Shown here piece after piece: positions 14,601 through 27,585 of a DNA stretch of 64,000 nt. The number at the start of each line of letters is the position of its first letter. The stretch's first letter is position 1. The position numbers and the translations under genes are program-made. The stretch spans positions 124,001-188,000 of the forward strand of contig CT868042.1 in assembly GCA_000165425.1 (NCBI GenBank). Reading direction: 5' to 3'. Below the pieces are notes generated by a model. The model was not told where the DNA came from, did no database searches, and saw nothing but the letters and a program-made list of their open reading frames with translations. Source of the stretch: Paramecium tetraurelia (lineage: Eukaryota).

Positions 14601-16645
14601 TATTGATCTTACGATTGATCATCTCCGACTTATTATAACCAAACAAATTGCAACATGCCAAATTCAAATTTGTAATCTACGCGAACTTCTCTTGAGCTGT
14701 AGACACCAATAGAGTAGGCTATGACTCATATCCAATGTCTTCACTACTAATAAGGGATATTGTTTGTTTATTCTTCATTTTGTTATTCTGAGTCTATAGA
14801 TGTCTAGATTTATCTAATAATTCTTCTCCATAATCTTTATCTTATAACACTTCAATAATGAATTTTCCATATAATCTCATAGCTTTAGGTAGATTTTATG
14901 TCATTTTCTGCATTCTATTCCAAAGTTCTTCAACCTAAGTGATTGCTAAATTAATCTTAGCTCCAATGTCATTCATTTTACCTAAATCAGGAGAATCTTC
15001 TTATAATTAGGACCAGAAGTCCATGTGCATAAGGGTTGCTCTTTCAATTTTATTCTAAAATGATCTCATATGATTTTGAAATGCTAACTCTGTTGCAACA
15101 TCCAAATTACCCATATTTTCATTCTATGCTGCATTCATTTCATCCTCAATCACTCTTTTATATCTGAAGATAATAAATTCATTATCTAAACTAGGACATA
15201 ATGTTTCTGCTTGTATTAGTTCATTTAATGATTGTTACCTTTATCTCAAATTATCAAGTAAGAAAAACGAATATCTGATACGAAGACTGATTTCATTTGG
15301 AAACTTCTTGATTTGATTAAAATAGATTTAGCCCATCACCATTAGCAAGTCCACGTCTCTCTCTGTCACAGTTCCTTCTTTAAACAAGGGTTTTTATTAT
15401 CTAGAATTGTTTAATTTCTTTTATTTTAAATAACAATCTTCTCTTGTGCATGTTGCTTTGTGTATTTCCAAAAATCCATCTAACAACAACGAGCAATTTT
15501 GGTTTTGCTGACTCTTGTAAAATAATTTCAAAAGATGGTTTGTTAGATGAAGTACTTAATCTGGATCTTAGACTTTGTTTAGATTCAGTAAAAGCAGATC
15601 ATAATGCATTTTTTCACTTCTTATTATAGCAATCAGCATTAATGGTAGACCTGCCAACCAAGCATAGACTGTGCCAAAAAAGAGGACTCCTTCTAAAAAT
15701 TTAGCGAAGCATAATAAAGTTGCACCCCACATATTCATAGCCACTAACATTGACCAAGCTTTTTGGACATACATATTATTGAATGGAGCTTCAACATGAA
15801 TTTTCCAGAAAATAGTGAAACTTCCAACCATCATAATTAATATCATCAAATAATCATAATTCTTACCATTCATAAATGTGTAACAAATAACCATTATCAA
15901 TTCGTAAGTCAAAAAAACTGCATTTGCTCTGCCTGTCAATTTTGATGAGGCTTCATGTGGTTGGTACCTTGATTCGTAGTATAGTAGGGAGAATATTATG
16001 CAGAGAACAAAAAATAATATCGTTCCGAAGATGGCCACGATCGCATGTACTATGTGAATATTGGACCAACATTGAACATCGAACATTTGGTGTTTCAGTA
16101 TACCATCTTCATCGGCCTGACATGCCAACATAGACAAAAGTAAATCTATGATTGGCATGTACAAGGCCTAGAGAAATACGCTTATCAAAAACCTTAGGAG
16201 CATTATTGGCCAAGTGAATGAACTCTTGGATTTGTTGATACTATAGCTTAATAAGAAGATGAGCATTAATGCGAACAAAACGAGGCCCAAACAGACATAC
16301 ATCATAGCTGCAAATCCAGAAAAACTTATCATTTCAAAATATGGCGTCAACAGTACATATCTAATTTAACAAAAGTCCTTACCCAAAGATTTTATTCAAC
16401 TACTTAGATAGTATCTCGTTCTGCCATACTTTCCAAATCTACCTATTGAATATTATATAAGTGATCTGCATGTATTGCAACAATATTCCAATGCAAGTAA
16501 AAGGAATTGATTATTCCTCATCCTTCAACATCAACTAGATCACTCGGAAGAACACCCCTTTTAGTTCAGTCTACATCTTATCAATTATCGACCTCTCGGA
16601 ATCTAAAGAACCTTTTGTAGTGCCAAAATTTGATTTTAGTTCCAT
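11666..16645 (-). CDS. TmcB/TmcC (tiny macrocysts)-like multi-pass membrane protein with PAS domain, copy 1 (~1642 aa); introns 16361-16382 and 11941-11969
   Basis: N-terminal multi-TM block, HxxxCxxxxC motif, helical region (FWSQL..DSPD), PAS (NLACCNLFGYNKSEMINRKINIFMP..HD), further TM pairs, C-terminal TRSMIMMIP; spliced length 4929 nt divisible by 3. Confidence 0.85.
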
Positions 16646-17671
16646 TTTTAATTTAATAAATAAATTTTCATTATTCCTCCCCTTGTCCCAATCTATACTT
16701 TCACAGGTTAATCCCCAATCAACCACTTTTGGCAATTGTTCCCAAGAATCCCTCAGTTTCCCTTCTCTCTAGCCAATCCAAACAAATTCAATAAACATTT
16801 AAAACACAATAAATGTTGCCCTCAATTAGTTCTATATTCAAGTAATAACTTAAAATCTTTGGTATATCATAAAAAAGTATTATAAGTATTAATAAAAATA
16901 TTATAATTGAAAACACTCTATCAGAAATTTTAATTAATATTTCTAATAACTCCAATTATTTCAAATTAAATAGGGGGGTAATCAAAAACACATCCTGAAT
17001 AATCATAATTATGAATAAGATTATTCTTAAATCCTGTTCTTTCCAATAATTCTCAGTGTTTTGGAAGAGTTTAATGTAAAGGCTATTAATTAAAAGTGTT
17101 TCATAATAATCTATATTATAAATTTCAAATTATAATCATTGTTGAAAAATCCAATATAAATTAAAATTATATAAAAATATACAAGAAAACTGATTTTACC
17201 GTCATTTCATTTATATAATGATGTACCAAACTCTAATTACATTTATAGTTTTAATTATTTTGCATAAAATACTAAAGTGAAAAATCAATTAATAAGTGAA
17301 GATATTGGTTAATAGTAAAGGGAATATATTATATTATGTGTTTATTCTGTATCTTGTAATAATTCTTAAATTTTAAAAATTATTAGATATATTTGTTCTT
17401 TTTTTAAAATAAATTATGATAAATAAAATACAAAAAATAATTAATTAATTAATTAATTGCAATTATTTGATTTATTTTTCAAATTAAATATAACTAACAA
17501 GTGAAAAAGAGTGCAAGAACAAATTCAAAGAGGAAAATCTTTGATAAATTTCAATCATAAAGTTAGATACTAAAATTTAGAATGTTCACTTTGGTTTGGA
17601 AAACGCCAGAATTAAATTAGACTATTGGAACCATTTATTAAATAATATAGATATTAGATATATAGATAAAA

Positions 17672-20600
17672 TCACACATCAATATCATTTATCTGTATGT
17701 TGTCTTTGATGTAGGCTTTAATAGATCTAATATTTTGGATAACTCTCAAAGGAATCATCATGATCATGGCTCTTGTTCTCCAAATGTCTTTGGTCATTTT
17801 AACAACCAATGGCAACCACAATATAAAATATATAACGAACAAAAGAACTTCAAATACAATGAAGAATGCAAGAAGCTAAGTTCTACTACTTTCCATATCT
17901 TGGTAAATTCCCTCAATCATTTTTTTAATTAAATAACGAAATGTTCCTCTATGATAATTGTCCTGCATTTATCTTGCCTCTTTTGTGTGATTGAAATTAT
18001 TAAGATTTAGAACTAAATTTGTTGTATTATCTTAATTTTTAGTGATATTCTTAAACGTAGCAAATCCACGAGCCAATTAAGTAAAATTAGCTTTCGAATT
18101 ATTCCAAAATTAATCATATATGGTCATTATGTACCTCAAATTTTCAAAGTAACGAGCAACTCCAACTGCCATTCCCTAAAAGATGGCTCCATCTGCAAAA
18201 GTCTAACAATCTTACTCAATAACTTCATTCATTACAGTTGCCATAATTGTACACGGTTGAGACATAAACATTTCCTTAAAAGCATCAAGGTATATTTGAT
18301 TAGTAATTTCTACATTTAAAGAATGTTCTTGGTGCATGGATGAGTCTAAAGTATAAAGTGAATTAAGATTATTTTTCACAATTGTGTAAGCATCCTCATT
18401 CAAAATTGTTTAATTTCTATCCAAAAATAAAGCTCTTTCTCCTATATCAACAAATCTATAAAAGCTTTCAGCCCTGGCAGTTGCATTGATTTCTGGTATC
18501 ATTTGATCAAGGTTAGTAAGAAATGTATTGCTTAGAATATAATTCAACACAAAATATCCTTGAGTTACTGACAAAACAAAAAATATGCCAAAAATAAAGT
18601 TTCTTTGATCTTTATTAGTATTCTTAAACTTTTTCTTCTTTCTCTTTGTCTTCAACGTCTTATTTAACTCTTCCTACTCCTCCTTTTCCCCATCGTCTAT
18701 TTCTGACATCATCTCATCATCTTCACCCATTTACAAATTAGAAATAAAGTTCTCACTTTTATTATACAGATATTTAACAGTTTTGTCTGGGAGATCTAAA
18801 AACATGGCTAAGACTTCTTCTTAGTTTTTGCTTACAGATATCATAGCAATAATCATAATGATCAAACCAAGTCCTATAGCAGCAGCTGAGACTCCTAGAA
18901 TTAATAGGAATGTTTCGCCATTGTTCTAAGTTTTGATTCTCAACTCATTAGCGTACATAGTAGAAAATAATCTTAGTTAATAGATTAAACTATTCAAGGA
19001 ATTATAAAGCACAAACTTTACATCAATGTCCTTCATACTGATATTGGCAATATTCTTTTCTCTGATTATAAGTGATTTACTGATTATTTATTAAATTGCT
19101 TCAGATAAATCATACAATTATTCATTGCCATCACTCGATCTCATTGTGACAATATCAGTACTTAGTTATTTTACGATTGAATCACTTAAGCCTACATTAG
19201 ACAGCATCAACTCTTTATTTAAATTATCAACATTAGTAATTGAGTTATTCAATTTAGTTTTCCATGTCGTCTCATAGGCCTTTTTATCAGCATCTGTTTT
19301 TAATTGCCAAACATCTAAATTTAACATTAAGAGATTCTGAACACTCGTTGTTATCGTTTAGAGTTCTGCATTTCTTTAATTTTAGCTCCTAACCAAAAGG
19401 ATTGTATTATAAATGTCCTCATATTATGCATAGATAATGAAGAAATCCACGAAAGAAAGCACGACCAAAATCAATGCAAGTATATTTGCAGTCCAACCTA
19501 ATTTGGTGATCACTTTGGGTGTTTAATTACTATTAATAATTTAGTATAGATTCTTTCTGGATCTAAAAATGTTATTCTACTCGTTTCTTTATTAATCATT
19601 CTCTATTGCTTATTCTTAATTATTTTAAAATACGCTATTCTTCCCAATCTCCTCATCATCTGACATTATTTCATCCTTATCATCTATGTCCTAGATCCTG
19701 TTTTCAAACAATCTTAATATTTTAATACCTTCTCCATAGTTAATTTTATTGTTTAAATTCTATTCCTCAGATTTATCAGTCTTCATTTATGATCTTATAT
19801 TCCCTGTATTCAGAACATCAACCTAATTTGAGGATATCATAGATGATTAATCATTTTAATCCCATAAGATGGTTTAATCTACCCTCTAAGAATTAGTATC
19901 TGCTACAAATTCACCACTAAACATAGCACGTTGAGGGTTAAACTTGAATTATAAGCTGCTCCCACTCTTCAAAGCATTGTTGTTTGCAAGCAACTCTTAA
20001 TTGACACTTTGATCTTATCCTTACTATTCTAATCTTACGACGTACCCAGCAAGTGAATCAATTGTATCATTCATTACTTCGCTCATGTAACACATGAATG
20101 TTATTTGGTCTTGTTCCTTCTCTTCTGTTATATTAGAATTACTGAATTATGACTATTAGGCTGAAAACTACAGCAGTCCTCCTAGTTTAGTTAAGTATTA
20201 TGATTTATTTTCTGCAAATTTAGGGAAAATATCTAGCAAAGACACCTTTTTGTGGGAAATCACTTTCTAATCAATACTCAACAATGGGATACAGGAGGCT
20301 GATATAGAATCTATAACTTCCTCTGAATCAGTAATGATGTAGCATGTGGGTCTGAATATTTTAGGTAATCTAAATTGTGCAGCCAATTATAAATTGTCAT
20401 CCAAAGATTGAATGATTTTCAACATTAAAAAACATGGAGCTATGTAATTTGATTTCAATTTAATGTAGATTAGTCTCTCTTTGTTAATATTTTTATTGTC
20501 ATTTGTCTAAAGGAAGTGTTCGACATAAGAATCATGGAACTTAGCATAAAGATTTGGCATAAAAATGTTGATCTTTCTATTTATCATTTCCGACTTGCTA

Positions 20601-22596
20601 TATCCAAATAAATTGCAACATGATAAATTTAAATTGATTATCTAAGCAAATTTCTCAGCCGCTGTTGAAACCAAAGTAGTGGGATTAGGTTCTTAACTTA
20701 AATCTTCACCACTTAATATCGAAATCATCTATTTATTCTTGTTCTTACTATTTTACTATTATAGTCTACGAGCCTTCTCTAATAATTCTTCTCCGTAATC
20801 TTTATCTTATAACACTTCAATAATGAATTTTCCATATAATCTCATTGCTTTAGGCAGATTTTGTGTCATCATTTGCATTTTATTCCACAGCTCTTCAACT
20901 TAAGTAATTGCTAAATTAATCTTGGCTCCAATATTGTTCATTTTACCTAAATCAGGGGAGTCTTCCTATAATTAGGACCAGAAGTCCATATGCATAAGGG
21001 TTGCTCTTTCAATTTTATTCTAAAATGATCTCATGTGATTTTGAAATGCTAATTCTGTTGCAACATCCAAATTACCCATATTTTCATTCTATGCTGCATT
21101 CATTTCATATTCTACAATTTACTTATACCTAAAAATTATGAATTCATTATCAAAGCTTGGACATAATTACTCGGTTTATATTAGTTCATTTAAAGCTTAT
21201 TACCTCTACTTCATTAGATCCAGCAGAAACAACGAGTATCTCAATCTTAAGGATATTTCGTTTGGGAATCTTTTTATTTGATTGAAATAAATTTAACCTA
21301 GAACCATCAGTAAATCAACATCTCTTTCCTGAAGGTTTTAATCCTTAAAGAATGGTTTAGCCAATCTCTAATTTGGTAGTTTCTTTTATTTTAAATAACA
21401 ATCCTCTCTTGCACAAGTGGCTCTGTGTATTTCTAGGAATCCATCAATCATTAATTATGAATCTGCATCTTAAATGTTGTACAGTTTGATAAGATGATCT
21501 GTCAAATTCAGGACATCTTGGGGATCTGTAACCTTATTTAGATTAGTCAAAAGCAAATCATAATTCAACTTTTCGGTTTTTAAAACTGCTATGATCATTA
21601 ATGGTAATCCTGATAACCAAGCATAGATTGTTCCAAAAAACAACTAACCCTCAAGGAACTTAGCAAAACATAATAGGATGACACTCCACATATTAACAGA
21701 TACAAGCATAGACCACATTTTAGCTATGTAAACATTATTGTGTGGATTTTCAATGTGCATTTTCCAAAACACAATAAAACTGCCAACCAACATAATCAGA
21801 ATAAATAGGTAATCATATGATCTTCCCACCATAAATGTATAGCATATGATCATCACTAGTTCATAGGTTAGAAAAATTGTTAAATTTCTACCAGACTTCT
21901 TAGAGTGAGGTTCTTTAGGTAGATATCTTGGTTCATAATAAATCATAGCAAAAGTAATACAAAATAGATAGAATATAACAATTCCCAAAATGGATACAAT
22001 ACCATGTACTATATGCACTCCTTACCAGCAAGTAACATCATTAAAAATTTAGTTTACATTATCTCCATTTTCATCCGTTGTGCAAGCAATCAAAGAAAAA
22101 AATAGATCCATGATTGGCATGTAGAGAATTGAGAGGAACATTTGAATCAAAATTCTCAAAATGTATATTGGCCATGTAAATGCTGATTTCAATCTATAGC
22201 TTAGAAAGAAGATCAGCATGAATGCAAAGACTACCAAACCTAAGCAGACATACATCATAGCAACGAGGGCTGGAAATGATAGCATTTTAAAGTAAGGAAC
22301 TAGCATCGAATATCTTGTTAGCTTATTTAACATTACCCAAATATCTTATTAAGCCATTCGGTTACTTCAAAAGTCTACCAAATTTTCCATGTTTGACGAT
22401 TGAAGATGATGTAAGTCGCTTAAAAGAACTGAATGATGATGGCTAGTAAATTGAGAACGATTGATTGTTCTTCCTCCTTCAAGAGCGATTGAGTCACTTT
22501 GAAATATATCAATTTGACTTCGTTTTGAATTTTATCTATTGCGGATTTATCCTAATCCAGAGAAGATTTGCCACCAAAGTTAGACTTTAATTCCAT
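17672..22596 (-). CDS. TmcB/TmcC-like multi-pass membrane PAS protein, copy 2 (~1633 aa); intron 22314-22336
   Basis: Collinear paralog of copy 1 (both start MELKSNFG; PAS NLSCCNLFGYSKSEMINRKINIFMP; TRAMIMMIP); spliced length 4902 nt divisible by 3. Confidence 0.85.
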
Positions 22597-22622
22597 TATA
22601 TTTGATAATAATAATTTAAAAT

Positions 22623-24334
22623 ATGTCTAACGAAATTATTTTAGAAACAGTACGGGAATTGCTACCAGACATTGAGAAAGAGATCCGAGAACAAGTAAGC
22701 CAGGAATTGCAAATGGAATATCAAATTAAATTTCAATAAGAAATAGATGAATTGTCCCAATTTAATGAGGAACAAATAAGGGCCGAATTAGAAAAGCAAA
22801 TAAGAATTGACTATGAACAATAGAAGGAACAATTGGCTCAAGACGTCATTCGCGAATTCGATGATTCTCTTCAAAGAGGTTAATTGGAGCAATAATTAAG
22901 ATTCAAAATGTAAGAGGAGTTGGAAGAGCAAATTAATGACGAGGTTTCAAAAAAATCCAAATAAATCAGATTGTAATATAAGAAAAGGCTCGAATAAGAG
23001 AAAAATCAGTTGTAGAAGGATTTTGAGTTAGAATGGAAACAAAGAGTCGAGGCTGAGAAAAAAAGATTGGAAAGAGAAAAGAGTGAAATTGCAAGATTGA
23101 AGTCAGTGGAGTATGTAAAACTGAAAAAATTACAAGATGAATAAAAAAAGCACGGTTAATTATTAAAAGATTAAGAAACTAAATATTAAGATATTATGAA
23201 ATCCCTTCAAAAATAAATATAAGATTTGACATAATAATTAGAAATAGCTTTATAAGATTAAATTATCTAAGAAAAATTAAGAAGTTAATAAGAGAATTTT
23301 GATAGCTTTGATTAAGATAAATTAATAAACTTTCCACTTTAAAAATAAGAATAGGTTTAAAATCATAAATCCATTCCAATCTACTAGCATAAATAAATTA
23401 CAGAAGACGAATCATAAGAATCTTCATAAACATAAGTGAATCTACATAATCATAAATAAAAACATAATAGTCAAAAAGCAGATTAATAAGAACAACAGAA
23501 TTAACAAAAATTAAAGAATCCAAATAAGAAGTAACAAACATAGTATTAAAACCAATTGGAAAAGGGACTTAAATAATAGAAAGGTCATGTGGAAATATCA
23601 AAACCTTAACACTTTGATTAAGAAAATAATTAAAAATAGATGAATCGAATTGATACAATTATAAAATAATATGATGAAATTCCAGTTTAAAAAGAACAGT
23701 TCATGAGTTACAATAGTTTATTTAAAGAAAGTGATCTTGATAATAGTAAAAATAAATAAATGAAATAAAGAAGATAAAAATTTGTAGAGAATCAAGAGTT
23801 AGATTAGAGACTCCAGACTAAATACTTAGGAATGTAAATCAATATTATGAATGACTTTATTGTCGATTATGTTGGTAAGATATTTATTGATATTTATTAG
23901 AATTTCCTGAATATCATTAAGTTAAAATGTTGCTTTAGGAAATTATTGAATTATTTAATTAATGGATGATTAGTTATTAAGAGAGAATTGAATTTTTCAA
24001 AAGGATTAAATAGATTGCAAATTCAAATTTTAGAGATATTATTCCATTCATACAAACATAAATCCATAAATTTAAGCTGATCTAAAACTATTATTCTGAT
24101 TTCTAAAAACGATTCAATCTTAAGAATTAGATTATGGCCAATTTTAGCTAATTTAGTAAATGCAAATGCTTATTTGATTAATTAAATTAATTAAATTTGA
24201 AATCAATTAATTTATCAGTTTTAGGATGTGACTTCTAGGAAATGGTACAACTTGACTAATGGGAAAAAGACTTTTTAGAAAGAGAAGAACTAAAGTCATA
24301 AATTTTGTGTAAAATATAATCGAAATTAATATGA
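22623..24334 (+). CDS. Long E/Q/K-rich coiled-coil protein, one intron near 23875-23900
   Basis: MSNEIILETVRELLPDIEKEIREQ...; continuous code-6 frame to KIQSKLI-TGA. Confidence 0.8.
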
Positions 24335-24959
24335 TGTTATTTTATAAATTTATTATTAATAAAACTATATAATTTTGATTTGGGTATGAAGGAAAAAGAA
24401 TTTAATCAATAGAACTCTAACTCAAAATGATTAATATAAATATATTTAAACCAAATGATAAAGATGGCAATATAGTCCTCAATATAATATATTTATTTTG
24501 ATGTCCATGATTCTATAATAGAATAAGGAAGGGTACAGCATTAGAATAATAGAATATACAGCATTAATTATATCGATTGAATGCTTTATGATAATTTGAT
24601 ATTTGTATGAATTTTCCTCCAAAATAGTTGCTGCTTAAATTGAATAAATAATTATTATTTATTTAATGATCTACAAGAAAACTTATGTTTCAGTTATTAA
24701 TTGCACTGTCATAGTTTTTTAAAATATCAGGAACAATAGAAAAATCATTTCTATCCATCTAATCATGACATCAACATAAAATTTTAATTTACTTTCTTAA
24801 CATATCTGTTTTTGACTCCATTTGTTTGTAATTCAAAACTTACCTACAAATTTTATATGCTTTACAATTAAGTGATCTCGTGCATTTCCCAGGACTTGAT
24901 GTTACAGTATGTTTCATATATATTAATGTTAATTTTTAAAAAAATATCTTAAAATTTTA

Positions 24960-25614
24960 TCATCTTGTAAAAAAATTTCCTTTATTATTCCTCGAGTATC
25001 CAGGATTGGTACTTTTTGAATGATAATCGTTGATAATATATGGCAATTTACCTACTCCCGGAAGGTTAGAACTAAATGAGTACTTAAAATTACTGATTAG
25101 CTTCATATTTCTTTAACACTTTTAATCTTTTCAAACTTTGGACTTGCTCGAGCAATTCAGACTTCTTTAAGAAAATATCACTATCTCTAATTAGATCTTC
25201 AACTATATGATTATGCATAGTGGTTTTAGGTATAGAACTAGTTCTTTCATCATATAGTAAACTTTCCTTAAATTATTTCAGGCTGATGGTTTTCTTGAAT
25301 TAAGTTTCAGTTTATTTTTCAATTTAAGGTAGAGTTTCTTGCTTTTCCTGTTAAGGTACAATTTCCTGTGGCAATTGAACATGTTTTTCTTCTTAATGTA
25401 CAGGTTCAGGCAGTCTTTGAGTTTTGTGGCCCCAAAATCGATCAATCATAGATTTATGTGGGATTTACTTATCCTTTTCTATCAGATCTAGAACTCTAGT
25501 AGAATCTTAAGTTAATCGAACATAGTATTTATTATTGATTGATAATGGATCATCTCTGTAACGGGTAGTATTTGCAATTTTCTAATGAATCAATTTATAG
25601 TTTTTAGATGACAT
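24960..25614 (-). CDS. Hypothetical protein (210 aa) ending in DYHSKSTNPGYSRNNKGNFFTR, one 22-nt intron
   Basis: ATG 25614, TGA 24960-24962; 655-22=633 nt in frame. Confidence 0.75.
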
Positions 25615-25661
25615 TTTTTATTAATTAATAATTAATTTTTGATTGGTTAAATTTCATAAAG

Positions 25662-26250
25662 ATGTAGATAGAAAATAAAGTTAGGAAAAAGTAAACAGCA
25701 TTTAAATAGGATTGAAATCATATTTAGGATAAGTTTTAATCATTGTTTAATTGATTTCTGCTGATCATTCATGATTTATAAACTTAAAATAAGATAAGAG
25801 AATCTAAGTTTATAGAAGTTCACTTAGTCAATAAGGATGTATTAGAGATAACCTCAAGATAGAATTCAGATAATTAATTTATCTAGAGTACTTATTATTG
25901 CTTAGGCATTTTTAACTACCTTTAGGAAGTTATTATTGACTTGCTTCGGCAATTCGATAAGGTCTTGTTGATATTAATTATTTGCTTATGCTCTTATAAA
26001 TGATCCTTATCTATTCAGATGTAGAACTATTTTACAATTTAATAATTCAAATATGTTCTTGAAATTTGCATTTATAAATTGTTAAATTTAGTCTCAATTT
26101 CTTATTTGAATATTCACTAAATGAAATACTATTCATTTAATACTGCTATAGAATGTAAGATTGTTGTTGTAAAAATATTGCATAATTAAAGCATTAACCT
26201 AATTTTTGAATTGAATCTTCTAAGAACAGGTTGTTATGAGGTTTTTAAAT
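25662..26250 (+). pseudogene. Possible decayed gene remnant
   Basis: ATG with intron-like segment and coding-like stretches (IEVHLVNKDVLE) interrupted by TGA; no clean model. Confidence 0.25.
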
Positions 26251-26288
26251 ATTGGTTATTATTTATGTTTATTATAGATCATATTATT

Positions 26289-26622
26289 TCAATGGAATAT
26301 GAAACCGTGTTCATTACCTTTGAGTGCATGCTATATTTTAGGTTGAACACATGCTTCAACACATGTGACCAAATCTCTATATGGATACATCTAGTTAGAG
26401 AATATATGTTAAATGTACACAATTCTTCTCAGGATCTGCATTTTTCAATGATAAGAATGCTTTTACGCATCTGTCGTATTTATCATCATACCATTTACAT
26501 TATGGTCTGCAGTATTAAATTAATAAATCCTTTGGATCTTTTCCTTATTCTATCATTGTCTTTATAGCAGATGGGTAGTTTTCATTAATTTTCCCTTCTC
26601 CAAAATTAACTTAATTAGACAT
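26289..26622 (-). CDS. QCR6: Cytochrome bc1 hinge protein (QCR6/UQCRH), intron 26391-26418
   Basis: DPKDLLIQYCRPQCKWYDDKYDRC...NCMYPYRDLVTCVEACVQPKI hinge Cys pattern; 101 aa. Confidence 0.85.
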
Positions 26623-26689
26623 TTTTTCTCAAAAAATTAATTTAATTAATATCTTTTTTCTTATTATATTATATAATTAAAATTTTATC

Positions 26690-27585
26690 TCAATAGACAA
26701 ACCTGGTGGATATTTCTAGATAATCCATTTGATCTGCCACTTTGTAAAGAAAATCTAAATCTTCTTTAAAATCTTTATCGATTTCCTGTCTTCTTGCTAA
26801 AGCGGAGTAAAAGAATGGTAGAGAGAGCCCAATAAAAATGAACAAAATCGACTAAAGTCAATTATGCAAATATAATACATTAGCAACACGCTTTTGCATT
26901 TGCCTTTTCAATTATCTCATCTCGTCAGTATCACTCTTTTTTTATTGCCACTATTAATTTATACCTTTAATATAATCCTTAACTTATTAGGCATAGCCAA
27001 TCTGATGTGCTTTGAAAAAGAAGATTTTCCATTTGTTTTCTTTGGCAATAATGAATTCATCTTAAGCCTTGTGTTCCTTTGTCATTTGTCTAGCAACAAT
27101 ATTCTCATAAACTTTGACTTCTTCTGGATTAATTTTTAGAGGTTCCTACATAAATTTTCTAAAATCCTCCTCAACAGTCTTCTCTTCAGTTGCCTCCTTA
27201 TATTCCTTTTTTGTGAAAGTGAAATTGATCCCATCTTTGGTTTGTTTAGCTGTGTATTCATTCTTCTATGTAGTTTCTTCAGATTCGCTGCTTTGAGACC
27301 GCTCCTAATTTGCAAAGGCTCTTTCCTTAAATATGGTTTGATCATATGATTGCCGTTTTTCTGGAGTTTTAAGTGTGTTGTAGGCTTCCTAAATGAGCTT
27401 GAATCTAAAATGATATTTAAATTTCACCTATTGGTATCATTTCCCTTGTAAACATCAGGATGATAGATTTTGGCCAGTTTCAGATAGTTTTGTTTGATCT
27501 GTTTCTAGGTAGATGTGGCATTGAGTTCAAGAATAGTGTAATAGTTTATTTATTATGTACTAAACCTATATATAATTTTTATCAT
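26690..27585 (-). CDS. DnaJ-domain protein with C-terminal TM, likely mitochondrial; introns 27405-27427 and 26852-26878
   Basis: NYYTILEL...YHPDVY...FKLIQEAYNTL...RQSYD; presequence-like MIKIIYRFS. Confidence 0.88.

Noticed and set aside
16700..16730. CCCCAATCAACC as telomeric repeat or telomerase RNA template
   Set aside because: No tandem C4A2/C3A3 array and no recognisable ciliate telomerase RNA context.
17436..17458. (TAAT)n short tandem run
   Set aside because: Short AT microsatellite expected by chance in this composition.
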